Positions 24,801 through 36,800 of a DNA stretch of 62,052 bases are shown here, piece after piece. Both the position numbers and the translations under genes were made by a program. Below the pieces are notes generated by a model that worked only from the letters and a program-made list of their open reading frames with translations, did not search any database and had not been told where the DNA came from. The DNA lies in NCBI GenBank assembly GCA_050575255.1, contig JBNZDD010013691.1, positions 1,415,961 to 1,478,012 of the forward strand, written 5' to 3'. The number at the start of each line of letters is the position of its first letter. Within the stretch, counting starts at the first letter, position 1. This DNA comes from Harriotta raleighana. Its lineage: Eukaryota.

Positions 24801-27800
24801 GCCTCAATCCAGTTCAGTTTGAATTTAAACGATATTTCAGTACAACCCCGTTATGGCATGATTGTATGTTCCAGTGTCTTAACAGCTGTGAAATCAATGT
24901 CCAGGTAGTCAGGTTGCTACTGCCGTTTCTTCTGGTGGCGTTCTTTGTATCTACACGTGCTGGAAATAATTTTAATACTACTCACTGTGCACGCATGCAA
25001 TGAACAGGAAACAAAATCAGTGGTGACATAATAATCCCCAAATCGAGATTTTATAGCACCTTATATCTGTGGAGCCCTGTAGCTCAGTGTTTAGAGCACT
25101 CGCCTTACAAGCAGGAGACCTGGGTTCAATTCCAGACAGGGTGAATCGTTGGGCAGGTTTCCTTACTCCACACTCCCAATAATCATCCTTCAAAAAAACC
25201 AATAATAAACAGGTCATTTAAATCCACGACTGTTTGTGGGATGCTGCTGTGCGCAATTGGCTGCTGTATTTCACCCACATATATACAGTCAATTCACTTT
25301 ACAGTACCATATATTCCGTGAAGCACTTTGAGACATCTAGAAGACATGAAAAGCCCTCTATCAAATGCAAGGATTATTATTATCTCTCTGATGACGGTAT
25401 TTATATTTTTAAAAATGAATAGAAACCTTGGGGTGAAAATGCAATGGTTCATAACTTTTTTTAATGTTCTAATTATCATATTTAATCTGTTATAAACATT
25501 GCACTCTGCTTAACCCCTATAAAGCTAAGTATTCTAACACTCCCCCCACCCCCACCCTCTCCATGGCTCAGAAACTAAAGCTGCTGCCAAGAGTGAAACT
25601 GAGCCAAGCAAATTCACTTCCCAGTAGGTGCTGAGTTAGCTGATCTCACCCAAGACAGCAGCAGGAAGAGTAAAATTAGGGCAAGAGTAAACTTTCCCAA
25701 GGTTCTCACTACTACTGACTATTCAGCTACATAAATTGGAAAGTGCACAGGTAACATTGGACGAGTCAGTATCAGGTCTAGTTACTGTGGCAACTAAAGT
25801 CAAACAGTTCACAGGCACATACTCTCCAGGATTATACATTACAAATGATCCTTTTGGTGAGCTATCAAAGGATCAAACTGTAACCCAGCATGAGTCTGTG
25901 TGCGAAAGAAAGTGAGAGAGAGAGAAAAGGGAAGGAAGGTTGGATGGGGAAAAAAGATAACCATTTCTGATATGCAGTACGAAGAGTAAAAAGGAAGGAA
26001 GATTATTAGTTGAGCTTCAGATTGTACAGATTGAATTTCCATGACATGTTATATTCCCATTGTTTCTTGTAGTCCCTGCCAAGATCGTGAAGGCTCCAGT
26101 CTCCCACAATGTCAGTTTTGGTACAGAAGTGATTCTGCGTTGCAAAGCCACAGGTTTTCCTATTCCTACTATAAAGTGGCTGGAAAATGGAAAAACAGTG
26201 AGTGCATTTCCAGCATGTTTCACTTATAAGAATGTTCCATCACTAGATACTTCAGCTCATTTGTTGCGTTTCTCTGCCGTGAGTATGGCATTTACAGAAA
26301 CACATCATCATGCTTAAGAGTATCTAACCTGACTGAGAGTTCCACATAGGTATGCCACCTAATTGTGGGAATTTACATTTGTCTGGAATGGAGTGTGCGC
26401 CCTGCTTCCCTAAACCTGGAATACTTTAAAACTTGGGAACCCACTACGATTTCCCCACAAAGGACTGACTCCCAACATTCCATTGCCCCACTGTTTATTT
26501 TTCCTTCCTCCATCATCCTCCCTTCTCAAGGAGGATAGAGGATAGCACTTTGACTCATAGTCTCATCTTACATTTCACTGCAGTGCTGGGGGGAGTGTTG
26601 TATTGTTGGAAGTATCTTTCCTTGGATGGAAAAATACGCCAAGTTTTAAAAGTTCACCTGTTGAAGTGGATGTAAAAATTCCATGACAAAATGTATAAAA
26701 AGAAGGCAGTTTCTCCAGGGTTAAGAAAGAAAACCACCATCAGAAATACTAACAAGTAATCTGGAATTCCTCCCAATGCTTCATTCTATTCTACGATCAG
26801 AGTCAAGTTTTGAGTCCTATAGCTCAGTGGTTAGAGCACTCGTCTTAGAAGTAAGTGACCTGGGTTCAAAACTTTGGGCAAGTTTCCTTACTCCACATGC
26901 TTACTAATAATCCCTAAAAAAAATAAAAAATTGGTTATTTCAATCCACGACTGTTTGTGGGACAATGATGTATGCAAACGGCTACTGCATTCACCCACAC
27001 AAAATATAGACAATTCACTTTACAATTTATGTGAAGTGCTTTGAGACATCTAGAATACGTTTAGAAGTGTTACATCAAATGCAAGTATTATTATAATCAA
27101 TTCAGCATATTTATTGCTCTCTCCTCACATAGTTAAGTCTAAATCACCTGATCATCTTTTTGCTTTGGAGATGTTGTATTGACTGGTGACCAGGTCAACA
27201 CAAACTGCAGTAATGTGAATATCCTGTGGCCAAAGCAACATCCCAGGTTCAAGTGACTCTGGGACAGATTCCATTGTTCAGTAAATACAAAACCTTCTCC
27301 ACTTCAACCTCAGAATCCACCATGCCTTTAGCACAAAGCTTGTGGTGTAAAACCAGTTTTTTGCCTTTGATTCTCTCCAGGTGCCCCAGGTATCAATACA
27401 GAACAGTATTAAGAGAGACGTAACAGAATCCAAACTTCGCATCTATGTTACCAGACCTGCACTGTTCACTTGCCTGACGAGCAACAAACATCGTGATGGA
27501 ACATCTACAGCAAAAGCCACTGCAATGCTCAGTGTCTCAGGTAGGTTTCAGTCACTATTCATCTTCCCTTTCATTTTAAGACAATCACACCATGCTGCCC
27601 ACTACCATTCATTGTTTAAAGAGGAAAGTCTTCATGAATGAAAGTTTTTGGCAAATGTCTTCAGGTTAACAACCTAATCTTGTTTAGTGAATCATTTGGA
27701 TTACTAGCAGATCATTCATTTCAAAGGCTGTTTGGGATATTTTTGTGCACAAATCGTCGGTTTCATTTACCTCTAAAGTGCTTTTGGTGCTATTTGAAAA

Positions 27801-30800
27801 GAGAAGGGAGTTTCTTCCAGTGTCCTATGCAACAATCCCCAAGATAAAATTGGTCACTTACTTCATGGCTGTTTGTGTGCCAATGCAGTGTGCAAATTGG
27901 CTGCCACATTTGCCTGCAGGCTCCTTGAGACATCTCAAAGACATAATATGGCACTGTATCAAATTCAATGCAGAATACAGGGGGGGATTAGGAGGGAAGG
28001 GAGGGATTAGGAGTTGCCAATTGGTCCATCAAAGAGGAGAGTCTTGAGGCGAGACTTGAAGGAGGCCAGGGAGGGGACGAGGCAGAGGGACTGCGGGATG
28101 GAGTTCCAGAAATTGGGGGCAGATTGGCTAAAGGCTCACCCACCAATGGTGGGAGGGTGAGTCGGGTGACGTGAAGCAGGCCAGAGTCTGCTGAGCGGTG
28201 GGGGCAGCCAGGTTGGTAAGGGGGTAGGAGGTCATGGATGTAGGGTGGGGGGAGGTTGTGGAGGGCTTTATATGTGAGCACTAGGATCTTGAATTGGGTC
28301 TTCTGGAGGATGGGGAGCCAATGGAGTCAAGTGAGGATGGGGGTCATGGAGTTTGGAATGATAGAGGACATGGGCGACAGAGTTCTAGATTATCTGCAGC
28401 TTGTGGAGGGAGACACTATATTAAATGCAAGACTTATTAGAATCATTATGTTATGACCTAACTGGGAGAAAATGTCTTTCTTGGCTCTCCTCCTTAGCTC
28501 AACAGAATACATTTCCCCTCCCTAGGCCGCAGCAGAGAACATCAGTGGGGCTCATTTATACTTCAATATTCTGTGTTATGGAATGTTTCAGTAGCATAGG
28601 ATTTCCAGCTTCAGATGTCCTGGAGACTGAGTGATGACTCACAGGGATACAAAGAGACCTGGATGGGTCACTTTAGGTTTCTCTTTCATGGATCCTCTGA
28701 AAGGAAATACCATCAGATGCCTGGGAATATATAGTGGTCTGTCAAATGCCAACCCCTAGAAAAGTAGCAACGGTTTCATTACTTGGATCTAGCAGTGAAA
28801 TAAAACATGGTGTGTGATGTGTGTAGGACTTTATACTTCTGTCAATGTCCCAATCATTGATCCTCCAACCCATTCTGTCCGACAGCCAAGTTTGTTCATA
28901 TGTGTTGAAAGCCATTTGCAATGGTCATTGAACAAGCCAGCAGGCCACACTTTTTAAAACAAAACCAGAAATTGCTGGGAAAACTTTTTAAAGGTTGGTT
29001 AAGATGATATTCATCGAATAGGGATTGAAATGCTAGCACTCACATGGTGGCAAATTCAAAAGGCGATAGTCATCAACTGGGGCAAGTCCAGAAGAGGAAT
29101 GTTTGATGGCCTGGTCAGCTCACAAACTGTATTTTTCATCTCATGGTGTGATGTCCCCATGTAAACAAACAATGAACAGATCACTAGTCTTAGCAGCAGG
29201 GACATTTTGAGCAACCAAACACTCGCTCCTTTCTCAGCACACAGCATAGAGAGAGACCTGTGGAGGCCAAGAGTACAACGTGCTAAAGTAATAAAGGGAT
29301 GGAGTATGGCTGTTCAGCTTCCTGGAAGGGAAACTGGAATGAAGTCTAACAGATGTTAAAGATCCTAAGTAGAATGAGTTTGGCTGGTCTCAGGTCACAT
29401 TCGATTATATTGGCTGCACCATCGGGCTTACCTCATAAGTGGCACCACTTCAAACTAATTGCCTTTAATTCATCATTTTTGCTGAGGGATGATGCGTGCA
29501 ATAGAATTCTCCCACTGGAGTGGTGCTGGAAGTCTTTCTAGATGCTGCGGTTTAAGTACATTGTGACAGGTTAGGGATGAGCACTGTAGTCAGATTGTGA
29601 ATCTCCATTGGCCAGAATTAGAAGGAAACATTGGATACTCATAAAAGTGAACTGAGACATCCCAAGGCGCTGGACAGTCATTATTTCGGAACCAAAGCTG
29701 GGGTCAGAATCGGGAAGGAAGGGGAACTGGGCTGATCGATGACACGGTCGAAGAGGAGGTTCTTGAGGTGGGACTTGAAGGAGGCTAGGGTGGGGGCGAG
29801 GCAGAGGGATTGTGAGATGGAATTCCAGAGGTTGGGGGTAGAGTGGCTGAAGGCTCACCATCGATGGTGGGGTGGGTGGTGGGTTGGGGGACATGGAGCA
29901 GGCTGAGCGGAAAGAGCGGACAGATGGTAGGGATTAGGAAGTTGCAGAGGTAGGGTGTGGAGCAAGGCGATTGAGGGCTTTAAAGGTGCGGACCAGGAGC
30001 TTAATTTGAACCCTCTGAGTGATAGGAAGCCAGTGAGGTCGGTTGAGAAAGGGGGTGATAGGGTCACAGAGTCTCGTGCGGGAGAGTATACATGCTGCAT
30101 AGTTCTGGATGATCTGCAACCTATAAAGGGAGGAACTGAGGAGATCAACAAGCAGGGCATAGGCATAGTCAGGCCTGGATGTGATGAAGGCATGAATGAG
30201 AGTTTCAGTGGCCTGACAGGTGAAGAAGTGGTGGAGTCGCAGTCAGTATAGACACCTGGTGGCAGGAAGGACTTTAAGATAACCTTGCTGGATTCTTGTG
30301 GAATCTTGTAGCAAACGAATCTTAAAAGTGAGAAGACCTGAGTTTGATTCCTGGGCAGGATGAAACCTTAGGCAAGTTTCCGTATTCCAAACTCCTGTTT
30401 ACCTATGAGTAAATACATTATTTTTTAGTCACATGGCAGATCGCTTCCCAGGGGTAATAATCACTCCCCACCAAAAATATTTATCATTCAATTTGTGAAT
30501 GTTTGTTTGCCGAACACTATTGTAGTCCGCCCTCAAAATACACAGTCTACTTTATAATATATTCTGTGATATGTTTTGAGACAACTCAATATGATAAGGC
30601 ACTGTATCAAATGCAAGGTTTACTGTTATTGTCAGATACCAGCTTAAAATAAATTTGAATAGTTTATTTTTAAATCGTAAATAAATTGCTTCACCACTCC
30701 ACTCACTGGGAATGAAAGTCTAAGGGGGCCCATTATTAAGAAAAAAACATTCCCTTTAAGTGAAGAGGTGTGTTCATTCTCAAACCTGTTGTTAAGATCA

Positions 30801-33800
30801 TGTTTTAAAGACATGTTTTCACCGTTTCATTTTGGTTCCATTTTTTAATGATGCCAGTGTTAGCTAAGCAATAAATTGGAGAGAGATTTTACCTGGGACT
30901 AGATTTACTCTATTTTTGTAGTATTTTGTCATGTCCAGCACTTGACAAATTGTTGGGTTGTGTTTCTGTATGTGTAAGACACCCGGCTGGCCAGGAAAGA
31001 AACCCTCTTGTGGTATCTGGATTGACATTCGCGGCATTCCTTTACTGTTACAAGGCAATAGAGACCTGACATCAGTAGCATAAAGATCCTGTCCCACATT
31101 CCTGTAATAATAAACTGGCCCACTTACCACTGGGACTGGCCTACCGGTCTACTGATACACGTAATGTCTGCAGGCCAGACATTTGCTCTTTTTCCTACCG
31201 TGAGGTGACCTGGAACAGTTGAGGCAATGTGCAGAGTCTAATTAAAGACACCAGCATCCCCGGATGCACAGTGGGTGAAAGCACTATCACTATCCTGTAC
31301 AACAGTGTCTCAGAGTGCTTTGCAGACCAGATTGGCAATGGCTCTCTTCCCAGTCCGTGCTGAAAGTTAGTTGGTTTGTGATTTTATTAGTTGTGACCCC
31401 CAGTCCCCTGATGTTCTATCAGCTTGTCTGTCAAGAGCTGGATGAGCACCAGTTTCCTGCGGTTAACTATCAACAAGGCAGAAGCCATACTCTATGGCTC
31501 CCATCGATGTCTTCTATCCCACAGTTCTGACCTCCTCAACCTACCCGACCTGTCCTTAAAACTCCAAACCTGTGCACAACTTAGGGGTCAGGTTCGATCC
31601 CCAGTTTTCCTTTGTCTCCCATATCCGGTCCCTCACCAGCAATGCCACATTGCCTGTCTCCACCAATACCTCACCCCAAAAGCTGCCGAAACCCTGGTCC
31701 GCGCCTCTCTGCTAACTGCTCCAATGCCCTCCTCGTCTATCTCGTCTCTTCCACAAAATTCTCATGTTCTTAAATTCAGCTCATCCAAAATTCTACCGCC
31801 TGCATTCTCACTCTCACCTAACTTTATACCCTGATTATCCCAGTCCTTTCAAAATTGTACTGGATCCCTGTCACAGTGTGGATCAACTTCAAGATCCTCA
31901 CTCTTGTGTTAAATTACTGCACTCCTTGGCACCTCCCTACCTCTCTAACCTCCTCTCTTCTCACAGCAGTACCCGCTGCCTTCACTCTACCAGGTCCGGC
32001 TTCCTCCTTGTCCCCCGAATTCTCCACCATCGGCGAAGGTGCTTTCAGGCATTATGCCCCGAAATGTTGGAACTCCCTCCCTCAACTCCTTTGCCTCATC
32101 CCCTTCTTTCCCATCTTCAGGGCGTGACCGAAGACCTTTCTTTTCAACCACACCGTTGACAGTTGCCTTCCCCCTCGCCCTGGCTGGCTCCAACTTTCTC
32201 TTTGTGAAGCACATCTGCATTTACGAGGAAGCTAGATATACCCTTGAGAGAGAAGGGACTAGAAGGGAATCAGAGTAAGGAAGAAGACTGATGTGGAGAA
32301 TAAACATGGATTGAATGGCTAGCTTCCATGCTACACAGAATATATATGTGTATGTACCTCCTGGAAAGGCAGACATTAACTAGTTGCCTCTCCTGAACCG
32401 TATTGCTGTCCCTGCTGGAAGGTTTGTATCTGTGAATGTCAGGTAAGGAAGGGATCATTCTTGGCAGTGATATCTTCCACAGTCAAATGGGACTCTAAAC
32501 TTGCATTAGAGAAACTTGCATTTATATAACATCACAAAGAGTAACGTTTCAGGACTCTTTATAGACAGTGCCAGAGACCTAGGAGGGAGGAGGATTGTGA
32601 AGTGGGGACAGAGAAATGATGCCAGACACAGTGATTAAGATTTTACGGGGCTTTTGACAGGAAGATAGATTTTTGAAGCAGGCGGGGGGTTGAGGGAGGG
32701 AATTCCAATGGATAGGAGCACAAATCCTGAAGGTTGATCAGTGATGATGAGACAGAGAGAGCCCAAGGGGAATAGATGTCACTTGTATGAGAAAAGTTTA
32801 ATCAGATATATGCAATACTTGACTTTCCAATGGCAAGAGCTTTGATGGGATACCAGAAACAGGAAAGGGATTTAGGAGATTCTAGCCATGTGTTTGCGTG
32901 TGTGATAGGACATCTGATACCAGAGGGGTTTTTTTCTCCAAGGTTTGATCTCTGTGGGTGTGAGAGCACAGCTCAGCAGCAATTCCATCTTTCACAGGTC
33001 TGTCCCTAGACCATGTGAAACGCATTGCCAAAGCAGCTGTCCGCTCTGGTCAGCAGGTGTGGGCTTGAAAGACAGGGAACCACAAGTGGGGTTTGTTCCT
33101 TTCCTAAATTTAGTGCAGCAGCCTTGGCTGATGGAGCTACTGTGACTCTTCACCGCATTTTTTTCCATACCGTTAAATTGCAGGGAGCATCTTTGTAATC
33201 CAGGAGGAGAGCACATTCTCTCACACACATATATATTCTTACATACACATTCTCACATACACTTGTTCTCACACATATACGTTCTCTCTCACACATAATA
33301 ATAATAATAATAATCCTTGCATTTGATATAGCGCTTTTCACATCTTATCAACGTCCCAAAGCGCTTCACAGAGTATATTGTAAAGTGAATTGACTGTATA
33401 TTTGTGGGCAAAATGCGGCAGCCAATTGCGCACAGCAGTGTCCCACAAACAGTCATGGATTGAAATGACCAATTTTATTATTGTGGTTTTTTTGGAGGGA
33501 TTATTATTAGGCATGTGGAGTAAGGAAACTTGCCCAAGGTTTCGCCCCGATCTGCCTGGATTCGAACACAGGCCTCATGCTTGTAAGGCATGTAAGGCGA
33601 GTGCTCTAACCACTGAGCCACAGGAGCTCCACATATACAATAACAACAACAAAATTACATTTGTAGAGCGCCTTTCACATCGGGAGGACAACCCACGTTT
33701 GCGCGTCTCTCTCACATAATCTCTCATATATACATGTACTAGCACATGTTCTCACAGACATGTTTGCTCACATGCACACACTCATTCTCATACACTCACA

Positions 33801-36800
33801 TTCTCTCTTATATGTGCAAGCATGTTCTCTCTCCTACTTACAAATATTCTACTGGTGCTTTGCTCACAAGCTCTGTTTAACACGTACATTGGAGCATGTT
33901 GTCCTAGTACAGTACTAGAGTGGCCACAACTTTCTGCGCATAAGATGCTTTTCTACCATGTCTATACATGGACATTACTGATGTGCCAGTTTATTGACCA
34001 GTGTGCCTGCATAGACCTGAGCCAGTCTGTTAAAGTCTGTTGTGCAGACACACAATAAAATGCTGACTGTACAAACTGATCCACGGAATGGTATCAGATG
34101 TACGGAGCTTTGTTTGCCAGCTGCTGGAATCCAGATGGACAGCAGATGCACTGAGCAGTCTGGTGAGTGGAGGGGAGAGAGATAAAAGAAAGCTGAAAAA
34201 GGAAGGGCAAGGAGGACATGTTGTGCCTGCTGTAAATCAGACCAATAATGATACTGGATGCAGACCTACTCTGCTCACTACTTTGTTCATCTCTCAGAAT
34301 TTCAATGCAGTCACAGTGGCTGGCTTGCTCTGGGACTGGTGTAACCTTTACTGATGCACTGGCAAAACACATTCAACTATGATATTTAAAGTGCAGTTCG
34401 GTATTAATCTCATTCTTCTGGACAACTCAAGTCTACAAACCTCACAGGAACATAGGAAATGCTAGATTGAAAAATGACTAAAATCCATTCAGTTTGCCTT
34501 CCATCATCCTGATAGTTGCATGCATGTGTCATGTCCTGAACTTCTCATGTACTGTATGCAAAATATTATTTCCTAAAATAAATCTTGTCTAATTTGCATT
34601 TGAAAGAATTCACATTTTCTATCTCCACCATCTCCCTAGGGAGCCTGTTTCATACATGTACTCATCTCTGCCATCCATACACAACCTCAACATGCTCCTT
34701 ACATGTTTCAAGAAATTCCAGGGATTGGATGGGTGGGGGCGGAGGGTGGGAGGCAGTTAGGGAATTAACTTTAAAAAATGCAATTTAATTAAAGTTTTCA
34801 TTTTTTTCCTTTATATATATTTATTTGGCTAGACATTTATTTTGGGAGGACAGGTCTGCACGGTTATGTGGAGAGAGCTGGGGAGTGGGATTAAACTGCT
34901 CTTTTCAAAGAGCCGGAACAGACTTGAAGGGCCGAATGGCCTCCTTTTGTGCCATAAGATTCTATGATTCTATGATATATTTGTACCAGAATAAATTAAG
35001 GAATCTTTTACCATTATATGCAATCATTAGTACGTGCTAAAACTAGGATGAATTTCAGGCTCTAGTACTGTGTTTCTCCCTTCAGATACAAGCATGCTAA
35101 ATATCAGGACTGTTTTTTTATAGAGATGGAAGAAAATCATCTAATTCTCTTCTTTTATCTTGTTTCCTAAATCTCTCTGTCCGGTCTCCAATGGATTCTG
35201 CTCCTTCCCATAGAATGGAGGTAAGATCTTTTAAACAGTGCACTATACAGTACCAGAAGATTGCTGATCACTTATGCCACTGTCTCTTTGACTGTCACAG
35301 CCTGGGAATTGTCTGTAGTAGACACAGAACATAACAATAAATCAAAATCCTATCAATAGCTAGATGGTGAAATATTTTGGGATTTAAAATTCAAATCAGA
35401 AAAAATGTCAGAGCACACATTAAATAAAATGTTCAAATGAGAATGTGGAAGATCACTTTCGATAAGACGAGCTTCCCGATCTGGTTTCTCACTCTCAACC
35501 TTGGATGCTGTCGTGTTATTGTTGGCTTGCTGTTATCCAGGACTGTCTGCAGTGATATAAATAATGTATCAATAGAGGTAAACAGGGGAGTTGGATGCTT
35601 AAGCCAGCAGACATCTTCTGCACATTTTTGTGTGTCGTGTGATAAATTTTACAAGTGCCAGAACAGGATGGTGCTGACAACATAAGGGATTGCAGTATCA
35701 AGTTGCAGTGGCTTTACTCTGTACAGCACTTCATTGATGGCTGGGTGCATAATTGTGATCCTACGTATTCAGCCATTGCTATTTAATTTTCAGTTACTCA
35801 GAGTCTATACATAGCTCATTGGGTGCTTTGTGACAACATGTTGAATGTTAAAATTCAGTCATGCCACCTGCTCAGGACCATCAAAAAAAGGCTTGTTACA
35901 GGCAGTGTTTTTATGGAGAAATTTGTTCTATGAGAGATTCTTCCATATCAGTTTTATATGGAGATGTCTAGAAGATGTGAAAAGCCCTATATCAAATGGA
36001 AGGATTATTATTATTATAGTGAAGATTGAGAGCGTTTTTAAAGTGTTTACAGTGCATCAGTGTTACAAATGAGGGCTAGTGTTACAGAGGGTAATACACC
36101 AGAGATTATTGTGTATCACTGTTATAGTTATAATGATGGGCCGAGTTACAGGGAGTGTTATACTAGAGCTCATTATGTATCAGTTGTAAAATGATGGTCA
36201 TGTTGTAATTCAGAGTGTTATTCTAGAGGCTTTGTGTTACATTGAGTGTGTCAAGAAAGTGTTACACGAGTTGTCATTATACATCTGTGTTACATTGAAA
36301 ATGTTTTACACCAGATGTCATAGTATATTATGATTTACATTGATATCGCTTGTTTCATGTTGGGAGGACGTTTCAAAGTGCTTTACCCCTCCACCCACGA
36401 CATCAGCCCTCGGGTGGAGGTTGACAGAATTGAAGCTGACAACTGAAAGTATTTTGCCGCAAATCAGTCGCCTGTATAGCTGTTTCTGATCATGTAAAGA
36501 AAAATATTTCAATGCCACCTCATGAAATACCAGCCTCACTCGATGTGAGCTCAGCTAGTTTTTCCTGAAGGCAAGTGCTAAGATCACAGTTTTCTGCTGA
36601 CGAGAATATAAATGGTGGTGCTAATTTCTGCTAGCCCAACATCTGTGCTGCATGGAGAGGAATTCTGATGCAAAATGAAAAATTATCGCCTGATAAGCTG
36701 ATGTTTCTTAACATTCGATGTGATAAATATCGCACGTTTCAATCCCTTGATATTTTAAATTGAAATACTTTGTTTATCTGTAAAATTCGGTTGATAAATT

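Noticed and set aside
25727-25750. 24-nt AG...GT segment upstream of exon 6
   Set aside because: In-frame TAA in phase 1, and it lies in repeat-like sequence.
33540-33630. tRNA gene calls at the GCTCAGTGGTTAGAGCAC heads
   Set aside because: Each continues into a SINE body and tail; no intact cloverleaf. They are SINE heads.
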